From Candidatus Collierbacteria bacterium RIFCSPLOWO2_01_FULL_50_23 (lineage in GTDB: Bacteria; Patescibacteriota; Microgenomatia; UBA1400; MFAQ01): a DNA stretch of 34,669 nucleotides. Made by a program: the position numbers and the translations under genes. The stretch spans positions 67,488 to 102,156 of the forward strand of contig MFAI01000036.1 of NCBI GenBank assembly GCA_001774555.1, written 5' to 3'. The notes below the pieces were generated by a model. The model was not told the DNA's origin. It saw nothing but the letters and a program-made list of their open reading frames with translations, and did not search any database. Below, one piece after another: positions 1-9,890 of this stretch; positions within the stretch are counted from its first letter, which is position 1; each line of letters starts with the position of its first letter.

Positions 1-1
1 C

Positions 2-1828
<1,827 letters not shown>

Positions 1829-1867
1829 ACTTTGAATTATTAAATTATTTACTTTAATTAATTAAAC

Positions 1868-2803
1868 ATGACTACATACATCATCGGTCACATAAAACCT
1901 GATTTGGACGCCGTAGTTTCTGCCCTGGCCGTGGCAGAGTTTAGAAATCTAAGAGGGGATATCGATAACCCGGTCGCCGTCATCGCCGATCCGTTCAATC
2001 CCGAAACCGAATTCGTCTTCAAAAAATTCGGTGCCACCCCACCCCGCCTCATCACCGCCACCGATATTAAAACCGAAGACAAAATCGTTCTGGTAGACCA
2101 CAACGAGGTCGACCAGCGTCTAAACAACTTACCCCAAGACCAGATTACCGGTATCGTCGATCACCATAAGTTCAACATAAATTTGAACCATCCAATCAAA
2201 ATTACCGCCCTACCCATCGGCTCGACAACGACCATTGTCTTCCTGAAATTCAAGCAATACAACCTGACTATAAATCAGGATTTGGCAAAATTAATGCTCT
2301 GTGCCGTTCTCTCGGATACGGTCGGGCTAAAATCAGGAACCACCACCGATAAAGACCGATCTGCGGTAACTGACCTTTCCAAAATTGCCGGCATTACTGA
2401 CATCGATGGGCTGACTCTAGAGATTTTCAAGGCCAAGAGCAATATCAGCTCATTAACCCCAGAGCAAATTGTCAAAAACGATTACAAAATTCTTGAGTTC
2501 TCCAAAAAAACCTTTATCGGCCAGATCGAAACCGTCGAACAAGGAGAAGTCATCGATAAGAGAAAGGATGAGCTCTTGAAAGCCATGGCCGTCGTCAAGG
2601 AAAAAGAGGGTGTCGCCTTGATCTTTTTGGCTATCTCAGATATCTTGAAAATCAACACCAAACTTCTACTCCTGGGCAAAGATGAAACCGAAGTGGCCCA
2701 AAAAGCCTTCGGCGGCCAAGCCGTAAATAACGTTTTGGATATCGGACCCAAACTAAGCCGCAAAAAAGATATCTCTCCTGCGATAGAAAAAGCCGTAGCG
2801 TAG
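1868..2803 (+). CDS. ppaC: Mn-dependent family II inorganic pyrophosphatase (DHH/DHHA2)
   Basis: Motifs [22 protein letters not shown] and C-terminal SRKK; 311 aa. Confidence 0.93.
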   Translation: MTTYIIGHIKPDLDAVVSALAVAEFRNLRGDIDNPVAVIADPFNPETEFVFKKFGATPPRLITATDIKTEDKIVLVDHNEVDQRLNNLPQDQITGIVDHHKFNINLNHPIKITALPIGSTTTIVFLKFKQYNLTINQDLAKLMLCAVLSDTVGLKSGTTTDKDRSAVTDLSKIAGITDIDGLTLEIFKAKSNISSLTPEQIVKNDYKILEFSKKTFIGQIETVEQGEVIDKRKDELLKAMAVVKEKEGVALIFLAISDILKINTKLLLLGKDETEVAQKAFGGQAVNNVLDIGPKLSRKKDISPAIEKAVA

Positions 2804-2808
2804 CGAAG

Positions 2809-2825
2809 GTCCCGCTAAGCGGGAC
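2809..2825. repeat. Short palindromic hairpin gtcccgc-taa-gcgggac between ppaC and gyrA
   Basis: Perfect 7-bp inverted repeat with no U-tract, so REP-like rather than a terminator. Confidence 0.5.
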
Positions 2826-2837
2826 AATACAAAAAAT

Positions 2838-5483
2838 ATGGACAACGAGGAAAAGAAACCACCAGTCGAAACCACCGAAGAGAGTCAGGTCGGCCAATCT
2901 TGGGAAACCGAGAAAACCAGCTATGGCTTGATCAAACCGGTCAAGATCATCGAGGAGATGGAGCGCTCCTACCTGGACTATGCCATGAGTGTTATCGTCG
3001 CTCGAGCCCTTCCCGATGTTCGCGATGGCCTGAAACCGGTTCACCGACGGATTCTTTTTGCCATGAAAGAAATGGGCCTGACCTACCGTTCGGCCTACAA
3101 AAAAAGTGCCCGCGTCGTCGGAGAAGTGTTGGGCAAATACCATCCCCACGGTGATCAGGCAGTTTACCAAACCATGGTCCGTTTGGCTCAGGACTTTTCC
3201 ATGCGCTATCAGCTCGTAGATGGTCAGGGCAACTTCGGTTCGGTTGACGGTGATTCGGCCGCTGCTATGCGTTACACCGAGGCGAGACTAAGTAAGATCG
3301 CCGAAGCCATACTCGAGGACATCGACAAAGACACTGTCGATTTTGTGGATAACTTCGACGGCAGCCAGAAAGAGCCATCTGTCCTCCCGGCAAAACTACC
3401 AAATCTTCTCTTGATGGGTTCCGATGGTATTGCCGTCGGTATGGCGACAAAGATCCCGCCTCACAACCTGAATGAAGTTGTCGCCGCCATCGCTACTTTA
3501 ATTGATAAAAGTACCATCACTGGAGCCGAAGAGTTCAAAGACGAGAGCCTCGAAACCATAGACAGCGCGAAGCTGGTCGGCAAGCTCGAGGCCAACATCG
3601 AAATTGATGAACTGGTCGAGCACATCAAGGGCCCGGATTTCCCCACCGCCGGCCAGATCTTCGACCAAAACGAAATCAAGAAGCTCTACCACACCGGCAA
3701 GGCCAACATCGTCAATCGGGGAGTCGCCGAAATTGTCGAAAAGAAAAGCGGCCGTTTCCAGATTGTTATCACCCAGCTACCATACCAAGTCAACAAAGCA
3801 AAGTTGATCACCCACATTGCCGATCTGGTCAAGAAAAAAAAGCTTGATGGTATTTCTGACCTCCGCGACGAATCGGACCGAAAGGGGATGACCGTCGTCG
3901 TCGAGCTCAAACGCGACGCCAAGCCAAAGAGCGTCCTCAACAATCTCTACAAACACACCGAACTTCAAAGCAGCTTTCCGGCGAATATGGTTGCCTTAAC
4001 CTCCGATGGCACTCCTCATTTACTCAACCTCAAGGTAATCCTGACCGAATATGTTCAACACCGTCAACACGTTATTGTCCGCAGAAGTCAGTTTGAATTG
4101 AAGGACGCCAAAGCCCGCGCCCACATTCTCGAGGGCTTACTCAAAGCCCTCGACGTCATCGACGAAGTCATCGACACCATCAAGAAGAGTGAAAGTACCG
4201 ATGCCGCCAGAATGAACCTGATGAACAAGTTTGGCTTTTCCGAACTCCAGACATTGGCTATTCTCGAGATGCAGCTTAAGAAACTGGCCCATCTCGAACG
4301 CGAGAAGCTTCAAAACGAATATGACGAACTCATGAAACGCGTCAAATTCCTCATCGCTGTTTTGAAAGACCCTCAAAAAGTGCTTCAAATAATCAAGGAT
4401 GAACTCAAGGGTTTGTCAGAAACTTACGGCGACGCCAGAAAGACCAAGGTTTACAAAAATGCCGTTGGCGAGTTCTCCGAAGAAGATCTTATCGCCAACG
4501 AGGAAACCATCATTACCCTCACCAAAACCGGCTATATCAAACGTATGCCGATTGATACTTTCAAGAGTCAGAGAAGGGGAGGCAAGGGTGTCGCCGGCAT
4601 GACCGTCAAGGATACCGACGAGGTAAACCTGCTCACCGCGGCCAACACCCACGACTCACTCCTGGTTTTTACCAGCAAAGGCAAGGTTTTCTCCCTAAAA
4701 ACCTGGGAACTGCCGGAGGGCAGCCGCATCAGCAAGGGTCAGGCGATCATCAATCTGATCAATATCGACACCGATGAAACGATCCAGTCACTCCTACCGG
4801 TCAGCAAGGAAGTTTTCGCCAGTAAAACTTTTCTTTTCTTCACCACGAAGAAAGGCACTGTCAAACGCACCAAAATAGGGGACTATCAAAATATCCGAAA
4901 CAACGGTCTCATCGCCTTGAAGCTCGAGGCGGGAGATCAGCTGGTCTGGGTAAACAAAACTATCGGCACCGACCACATTCTCCTGGTCACCAAGGAAGGT
5001 AAATCGATCAGGTTCCCGGAGGGGGACGTTCGTCCCACCGGCCGCGACACCATGGGTGTCCGAGGCATTCTGCTTGCCTCAGACGATTACGTTGTGGCTA
5101 TGAAGAGTTTTGACCCCAAAACCATCAGTGAGGATAAAAAGAAAAAAATCTTCACCGACCTCCTCATCGTCACCGAAAAAGGTATGGGCAAAAGAACCCC
5201 GCTAACTCAGTACCCCACCCAAAAGAGGGGAGGGCAGGGGGTCAAGGTCGCCGAGGTGACAGACAAAACCGGCCTGATCGCCAACGCCCTTTCCATCACC
5301 GAAAAAGACATCGAGCTCCTGATAACGACAAGGGAGGGCCAGGCCATCAAGCTCCCCATCAGGAATATTCCCCAGCTCCAGCGCTCCACCCAGGGAGTCA
5401 TCCTGATGCGCTTTGGCAAAACCGGAGACTTCGTCGCCGCCGTCGCCACCGTCTCCGAATCCGAAAAAGAAGAGAAAAAGTAG
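2838..5483 (+). CDS. gyrA: DNA gyrase subunit A
   Basis: [16 protein letters not shown], catalytic AAMRYTE and an intact GyrA-box QRRGGKG in the C-terminal domain, which argues for gyrase rather than ParC. Confidence 0.98.
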   Translation: MDNEEKKPPVETTEESQVGQSWETEKTSYGLIKPVKIIEEMERSYLDYAMSVIVARALPDVRDGLKPVHRRILFAMKEMGLTYRSAYKKSARVVGEVLGKYHPHGDQAVYQTMVRLAQDFSMRYQLVDGQGNFGSVDGDSAAAMRYTEARLSKIAEAILEDIDKDTVDFVDNFDGSQKEPSVLPAKLPNLLLMGSDGIAVGMATKIPPHNLNEVVAAIATLIDKSTITGAEEFKDESLETIDSAKLVGKLEANIEIDELVEHIKGPDFPTAGQIFDQNEIKKLYHTGKANIVNRGVAEIVEKKSGRFQIVITQLPYQVNKAKLITHIADLVKKKKLDGISDLRDESDRKGMTVVVELKRDAKPKSVLNNLYKHTELQSSFPANMVALTSDGTPHLLNLKVILTEYVQHRQHVIVRRSQFELKDAKARAHILEGLLKALDVIDEVIDTIKKSESTDAARMNLMNKFGFSELQTLAILEMQLKKLAHLEREKLQNEYDELMKRVKFLIAVLKDPQKVLQIIKDELKGLSETYGDARKTKVYKNAVGEFSEEDLIANEETIITLTKTGYIKRMPIDTFKSQRRGGKGVAGMTVKDTDEVNLLTAANTHDSLLVFTSKGKVFSLKTWELPEGSRISKGQAIINLINIDTDETIQSLLPVSKEVFASKTFLFFTTKKGTVKRTKIGDYQNIRNNGLIALKLEAGDQLVWVNKTIGTDHILLVTKEGKSIRFPEGDVRPTGRDTMGVRGILLASDDYVVAMKSFDPKTISEDKKKKIFTDLLIVTEKGMGKRTPLTQYPTQKRGGQGVKVAEVTDKTGLIANALSITEKDIELLITTREGQAIKLPIRNIPQLQRSTQGVILMRFGKTGDFVAAVATVSESEKEEKK

Positions 5484-5581
5484 ACAGCCCATAGTCGGTA
5501 GGTTATAATAGCACCAGTCCACGTCACCGTGGAAATTCGCACCTCCTAGTCAAAGAAGTCAGAGAAAGGTAGGCTAACAAC

Positions 5582-6073
5582 ATGGCCGCAAAGGTTTGGG
5601 ATTCAACAGCAAACGGCGGAAAGGGTGATTGGGTTCCTGCGGACACTCCACGCAGGGGAACGCCACCCATCCCGGATCCTCACCGGGAACGGAGAGTACG
5701 GACGGAAATCCGCCGGGCACAGCTCACGATCGCGCTCTTCATCACCGTCGGCTTCGCCGTTCTAGCCGCGGTGGTTGCCATCATCACGGGCTTGCCGTAC
5801 GAGCGCTGGACCGCGAAAGAGTTCAACGCCACCGTCACGGAGAAGTTTCTGTGTGGTCCACAGAAAACGGTCTACTGCGTCTCTATCGTACACGACGACG
5901 GAAAGGCAGAAGTCCTCCAAAACCACGATAGCCTGTGGTGGTGGAAGTGGACCAGTACCGACTACCAGACACTCTTCCAACCGGACACGCGGTTCCACTT
6001 CAAGGTGTACGGCTGGCGCTGGCCACTGCGCTCATGGTTCCGCAACATCATTGCAGCGGAATCCATCGGCTGA
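5582..6073 (+). CDS. Single-pass membrane protein, DUF1523-like
   Basis: One TM helix, then NHDSLWWWKWTS...VYGWR...FRNI, which resembles the DUF1523 pattern NED..FKFDS..YGWR..FPN as recalled. It has its own -10 (TATAAT near 5504), an SD-like AGAAAGGT and a terminator. Confidence 0.7.
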   Translation: MAAKVWDSTANGGKGDWVPADTPRRGTPPIPDPHRERRVRTEIRRAQLTIALFITVGFAVLAAVVAIITGLPYERWTAKEFNATVTEKFLCGPQKTVYCVSIVHDDGKAEVLQNHDSLWWWKWTSTDYQTLFQPDTRFHFKVYGWRWPLRSWFRNIIAAESIG

Positions 6074-6090
6074 ACAATAGCAGCCACTCA

Positions 6091-6126
6091 AAAGCCCTCG
6101 CGACACTTCGTCGGAGGGCTTTTTTT
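6091..6126 (+). terminator. Intrinsic terminator, possibly bidirectional
   Basis: aaagccctc-gcgacacttcgtcg-gagggcttttttt: GC stem flanked by an A-run and a T-run. Confidence 0.85.
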
Positions 6127-6150
6127 CATTTCAAAAACTTGTCATGGATC
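6126..6150 (-). repeat. Orphan copy of the xer gene 3' end (IHDKFLK*)
   Basis: Reverse complement reads atc cat gac aag ttt ttg aaa tga, the same peptide that ends the genes stopping at 7341 and 7850. Confidence 0.85.
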
Positions 6151-6182
6151 TAGCCTTGGCAACCTGGGACGTTGCCAAACCC
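6151..6182. repeat. REP-like palindrome, copy 1 (tagccttggcaacctgggacgttgccaaacc)
   Basis: 8-bp stem ttggcaac/gttgccaa; near-identical direct copy at 6896. Confidence 0.9.
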
Positions 6183-6219
6183 AACCACTCGCAACTAATA
6201 GGGTCATTGGATCGCTATA

Positions 6220-6891
6220 ATGATCTTCGTGGCTCACGAACAAGATATCAAGGATATAAAAAATGGTCTGATTGCTTTGGACAGAGTATTTAACAAAAAG
6301 GGGGTCAACTACCGCGTGCTCGGGTCCGTCTTGGTCGCCGCTATAAACGGAACGCCGCATAGAACGTTAGGTGATATCGACATCCTATTGGACGAATCGA
6401 ATTGGCAACAAATTTCTGGAGTTCTCAAAAAAGAGGGGTATCAGCTTGTCAACAAGAGTAGCTTCGGCTTTAATTGGTTCGAAGCGCATAAGCCAAACAG
6501 TCTCGGGTTTACCTTTCTATTGATTGGGAAGTTCCAAGATGATTATTTTGAATATGTACTTAACCACATACTTAAATTACGAATCGCAAGTTCATATCTC
6601 ACTCCGACAAAATATACTTTGTTCGGATATTCATTTACCGGAATTCCCAGACGATCGGTCTACGAAGGACTGAAAATAAGCAGTCTTAACCCAAAAAGAA
6701 AATTGGATAGGGAACTTGTCACCAAAGCCTTTGGTGGAAAAATTCCGACAGGAGTTAAGCTTGAGAGAGCCTTCAATATCTATTCCTTTGGATTGGAAAT
6801 CCCATATGCATATTCGTTCTTTTCCTACCTCTATAACCTCTACGGCGGCCTGCGAGTAATCATCGGCAAAAAATACGAAGTCTGGGACTAA
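6220..6891 (+). CDS. Pol-beta-fold nucleotidyltransferase family protein
   Basis: Signature hGS (VLGS) followed by GDIDIL (DxD). AT-richer than its neighbours. Confidence 0.75.
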   Translation: MIFVAHEQDIKDIKNGLIALDRVFNKKGVNYRVLGSVLVAAINGTPHRTLGDIDILLDESNWQQISGVLKKEGYQLVNKSSFGFNWFEAHKPNSLGFTFLLIGKFQDDYFEYVLNHILKLRIASSYLTPTKYTLFGYSFTGIPRRSVYEGLKISSLNPKRKLDRELVTKAFGGKIPTGVKLERAFNIYSFGLEIPYAYSFFSYLYNLYGGLRVIIGKKYEVWD

Positions 6892-6895
6892 TATT

Positions 6896-6926
6896 TAGCC
6901 TTGGCAACCTGGGAGGTTGCCAAACC
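6896..6926. repeat. REP-like palindrome, copy 2 (tagccttggcaacctgggaggttgccaaacc)
   Basis: 30/31 identical to the copy at 6151. Confidence 0.9.
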
Positions 6927-6965
6927 AACTACGGTGTCCGTCCTCGCAGACCCAAGAAGAAATAG

Positions 6966-7337
6966 TTGTATACTGTGAATGTGGGAGATAAAGAAAGAAA
7001 ACAAAAGCATCCGAAAGTAGTCATCGCCGAGACTGAAAGTGAGGGGGTTATCAACGGCAGGCAAAGGTTACGCAAAGCCCTGGCAGAAGCCTACGCCGAG
7101 ATCAGAATACCAAAAAGAATCAGAAATCTAATTGAATCTACCGGGTTGACCCAAAGCGAGTTATTTTTCAAACTCTGGTGGGTTACCCCCAGCCTATTAT
7201 TTGGAAATTACTCCCCTCAACAGATGTGGGAATGCGGTGGTAAAGAGCTGGTGATCGATCATCTTTTTGCTTTGGCTGGCGACCAACACGAATTAATTCA
7301 AGAAACACTCAGAAAAATAAGGTCCACCAAAATCTAG
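6966..7337 (+). CDS. Hypothetical protein with a possible MbcA/ParS/Xre antitoxin C-terminal domain (start uncertain)
   Basis: WWVTPSLLFGNYSPQQMWECGGKELVIDHL fits the W..P...L.G..P......G...V...L pattern. Confidence 0.55.
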   Translation: MYTVNVGDKERKQKHPKVVIAETESEGVINGRQRLRKALAEAYAEIRIPKRIRNLIESTGLTQSELFFKLWWVTPSLLFGNYSPQQMWECGGKELVIDHLFALAGDQHELIQETLRKIRSTKI

Positions 7338-7340
7338 TCC

Positions 7341-7853
7341 TTATTTCAAAAACTTGTCGTGGATTTGTTTCAGCTGTTCCTGGACGGTGAGATTTCCGTC
7401 AACAACCAGAACATTAGATCCGTGAGGCGGTTCAAATCTCGATTGGGAATCACGAATATATTCTTCACCAACATCGACTCTTGCGACCGAGTTCTTATTT
7501 TCCAGCCATCTAGCCTTGGCCACTTCGGGGAGGATATTAACACAAATAATCGCAATGTCAGCACCGAATTTCTCGCCAATTTTCACTACCAAATCCCGCT
7601 CATACTCTGTAAAATTACCTGCGTCCTGGATTACATTTTTCCCTTCCCTTAAATAATCTTCGATTCTCCCATGCATTTCTCCATAAACATTATCCCACTG
7701 CGCCTGTGTCACAACTTCATCGGCGACGTCACCCAGCATTTCAGACTTGACTTCATCCAGATCGATTCTGACAAAGCCAAATCGCTCACTTAGTTTTTTA
7801 GATAGAACTGTTTTACCGGAAAATGGCGTTCCACAAAAAATAATTAGCTTCAT
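7341..7853 (-). CDS. P-loop kinase (AAA_33 / NMP-kinase-like)
   Basis: Walker A GTPFSGKT, IDLD and VIQDA. The start overlaps the xer stop (ATGA). The C-terminus QLKQIHDKFLK is identical to that of Xer. Confidence 0.85.
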   Translation of the reverse strand: MKLIIFCGTPFSGKTVLSKKLSERFGFVRIDLDEVKSEMLGDVADEVVTQAQWDNVYGEMHGRIEDYLREGKNVIQDAGNFTEYERDLVVKIGEKFGADIAIICVNILPEVAKARWLENKNSVARVDVGEEYIRDSQSRFEPPHGSNVLVVDGNLTVQEQLKQIHDKFLK

Positions 7854-8794
7854 TTTAAGAATTTGTCGTGGATTTGCTTCAGCTGCGGATTGGTGACGTG
7901 GGTATAGATCTGGGTCGTGCTGACATTTTTGTGGCCGAGCATTTCCTGGACACTGCGCAGATCCGCGCCGTTTTGCAGTAGGGAAGTCGCGAACGAATGT
8001 CTCATCGTATGAGGACTGACCCTAACCGGCAGTCCCGCCATCAGGCGGTATTTTTCGACGATCCGTTGGATTGTCCTCACCGTCAGGCGCATTTTCTCGC
8101 CACCGGTTGTTGGGTCAGATTTCTTCCCGGCCAAGCGGATCCAGAGCGGTTTGTTGGCGTCATCGCGGCTCTTCATAAAACGCGAAAGCCAGACTGCGGC
8201 CCGCTCGGTCAGGAAAACCACCCTCGGGTGTCTGCCTTTACCGATAATGCCGAATTCTCGTTGTTTCAAGTCGATCTTGTCCCGATCTAGTTTCATCATT
8301 TCCGAAACACGAAGGCCCGTGGAAAACAAAACTTCTAAGATAGCCCGGTCACGTAGACCTTCAACTTTTTGTAAATTCGGCATTGAGAGCAACCGTTCGA
8401 CTTGTTCACGGGAGAGGAACTTCAGCGAGCGGCTTTCCGCCTTCGGCAGGTCAATCTTTTCCGGAGCCAAAGATTTAATTCCTTTTCGGGCCAGATATTT
8501 TAGGAAAGCGCGGAGAGAAATAATGTAATACGACTGCGTCGCCTTTGACAATGTGCGACCCTGCACATCTTCATAACGGGTCAGGAAAAGGCGGTAAAGA
8601 CGAACAATCTCCGGCGTCAGCCGCTGAATATATTCCTGTTGATAATGCTTTTCAAACCATTTCCGGAAGACAACCAGATAATGCTTGTAGTTACGGACCG
8701 TGTAAGGGGAGTAGTTTTTCTCGATCTCGATATTACTTAAATATCGATTTATTAATCTTTCGAGGGAAATATCTTCGGTTTTTGACTTTGCCAT
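7850..8794 (-). CDS. XerC/XerD-family tyrosine recombinase
   Basis: Full catalytic set: TGLRVSE (R), GKG (K), HTMRHS (HxxR), LGH and TQIY (Y). N-terminal SAM-like domain; 314 aa; no IntI-specific insertion. Confidence 0.95.
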   Translation of the reverse strand: MAKSKTEDISLERLINRYLSNIEIEKNYSPYTVRNYKHYLVVFRKWFEKHYQQEYIQRLTPEIVRLYRLFLTRYEDVQGRTLSKATQSYYIISLRAFLKYLARKGIKSLAPEKIDLPKAESRSLKFLSREQVERLLSMPNLQKVEGLRDRAILEVLFSTGLRVSEMMKLDRDKIDLKQREFGIIGKGRHPRVVFLTERAAVWLSRFMKSRDDANKPLWIRLAGKKSDPTTGGEKMRLTVRTIQRIVEKYRLMAGLPVRVSPHTMRHSFATSLLQNGADLRSVQEMLGHKNVSTTQIYTHVTNPQLKQIHDKFLK

Positions 8795-8963
8795 TAGTGG
8801 GGGAGAGAGGACTCACCCTCTCCATACTAGAATGTACGACGTTAAATCGCAATCCAATCTGCCAATCTGGTGGTCAAACAACCCATAGTGTGATATACTA
8901 TCATGCTGGATGTGGAAGTTCGACAGAACCGCTGTCAAAACACCCCACATTCGGGAGGTAGAA

Positions 8964-9134
8964 ATGGACATCCTCGTCTATGCGGTCATTGTGATGACCG
9001 CAGGCTCGGCCAGTGGCCAAGTGGTCGAAGCCATTAATGCCGCGAAAAAAGGCCAATTCGACGAGGCGCGGTGGCGAATTGCCCTGGCCATCGGGCCAGC
9101 GATGGCAGTGATATACATCATCGTCGGGATGTAG
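8964..9134 (+). CDS. Small hydrophobic protein (56 aa)
   Basis: GGAGG SD 6 nt before the ATG at 8964, an extended -10 TGaTATACT near 8891, and a strong terminator downstream. Confidence 0.65.
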   Translation: MDILVYAVIVMTAGSASGQVVEAINAAKKGQFDEARWRIALAIGPAMAVIYIIVGM

Positions 9135-9152
9135 GATGGTGATGAAAAACAT

Positions 9153-9184
9153 AAACGCCCCGCAACCCGCGGGGCGTTTTTCTT
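9153..9184 (+). terminator. Intrinsic terminator
   Basis: aaacgccccgc-aaccc-gcggggcgtttttctt. Confidence 0.88.
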
Positions 9185-9203
9185 GACTTTTTGAGGCTAG
9201 ATT

Positions 9204-9223
9204 CCTTCCTGCCGGCAGGCAGG
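9204..9223. repeat. 'LPAGRQ'-type palindrome ccttcctgccggcaggcagg
   Basis: Near-perfect 20-bp palindrome sharing the cctgcc core with repeats at 22067, 22210, 29680 and 33581. Confidence 0.75.
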
Positions 9224-9493
9224 GAGGCCGCGAGACCGTATGATGCCCCTAGAAAGCCCGCTGGAATATTTGACGGTTAGTTTAGTCGTCCAATGTGACC
9301 CACTTCAATTAATTAAACCGGAAAACATTCGGGTTTTTCTACAATAACGCAACCAGAACATAGACCACCAGAGGACCAAAAAGAATCGGGGATCTAATTA
9401 AAGATAAGATTAAAAACCGGAAGGTTTCGGGATTTTGTCCGGCAATACGGAAGATATAATAGACCACTTCTCCCGGCGCATCAGTTCTACATC

Positions 9494-9521
9494 ACGTCGC
9501 AAAACTAATATTGTACGACAT
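9494..9521. other. Candidate dif-like Xer recombination site
   Basis: acgtcgcaaaa-ctaata-ttgtacgacat: 11-6-11 layout with arms 8/11 inverted-identical, 700 bp from xer. Confidence 0.45.
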
Positions 9522-9538
9522 AACAGTTAAAGGCATGA

Positions 9539-9701
9539 GGTCGGGAACTAATGGCTCCACAATGGTGGAGGAGTGCCATGTAAAGACTGGGGCCAAATCC
9601 TGGCACAAATAAATAATACAGACGGTCTCCCCGAGAATAGAGTTGATGACGAAGCTAAAAACGGAATTAAGTTAGGGCCGAGGTCGTCTATCTTCCCGAC
9701 C
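9539..9701 (+). ncRNA. Candidate structured ncRNA of unrecognised family
   Basis: A 9-bp closing stem ggtcgggaa/ttcccgacc encloses three more helices. G-U pairs favour the + strand. Confidence 0.35.
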
Positions 9702-9744
9702 ATATCACTCCATATCGTTTGTGCATCCCTAGGCACGCTGGCAG

Positions 9745-9753
9745 TTATCCACA
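9745..9753 (+). promoter_or_regulatory. Perfect DnaA box TTATCCACA
   Basis: Exact consensus 9-mer in a non-coding region; only one copy seen. Confidence 0.4.
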
Positions 9754-9890
9754 TAGGTTGCCGAAAATCGTGAAAACTATAGGACTTCGTGAAAACAGCA
9801 TATAATTATAGGCTTAGGATAATTATAGGACACTCCTCTACCTCGTCGATGCAAACAAAAATTACCCCGATTCTGCTAGTTCTTGAACAA

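Noticed and set aside
2838-5483. Topoisomerase IV (parC/parE) assignment
   Set aside because: The intact GyrA-box QRRGGKG and the acidic tail indicate gyrase.
7508-7520. 13-bp match atctagccttggc inside the kinase gene, identical to 6148-6160
   Set aside because: There is no hairpin continuation and it lies in ordinary coding sequence. Chance cannot be excluded, although it could be a deletion scar.
6151-8794. Classical integron (IntI plus attC cassettes)
   Set aside because: The recombinase lacks the IntI-specific insertion, and the hairpins are too short and lack RYYYAAC/GTTRRRY ends.
9640-9660. Hammerhead-like core ttgatgacgaag
   Set aside because: It deviates from the invariant CUGANGA and GAAA, and the flanking stems do not fit.
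9548-9773. Short ORFs 9548-9754 (-) and 9573-9773 (+)
   Set aside because: They have no motifs or clear start signals and overlap each other. RNA structure explains the region better.
9190-9890. oriC or replication terminus
   Set aside because: There is only one DnaA box and no dnaA/dnaN, and the + strand looks C-rich on both sides with no visible skew inversion.
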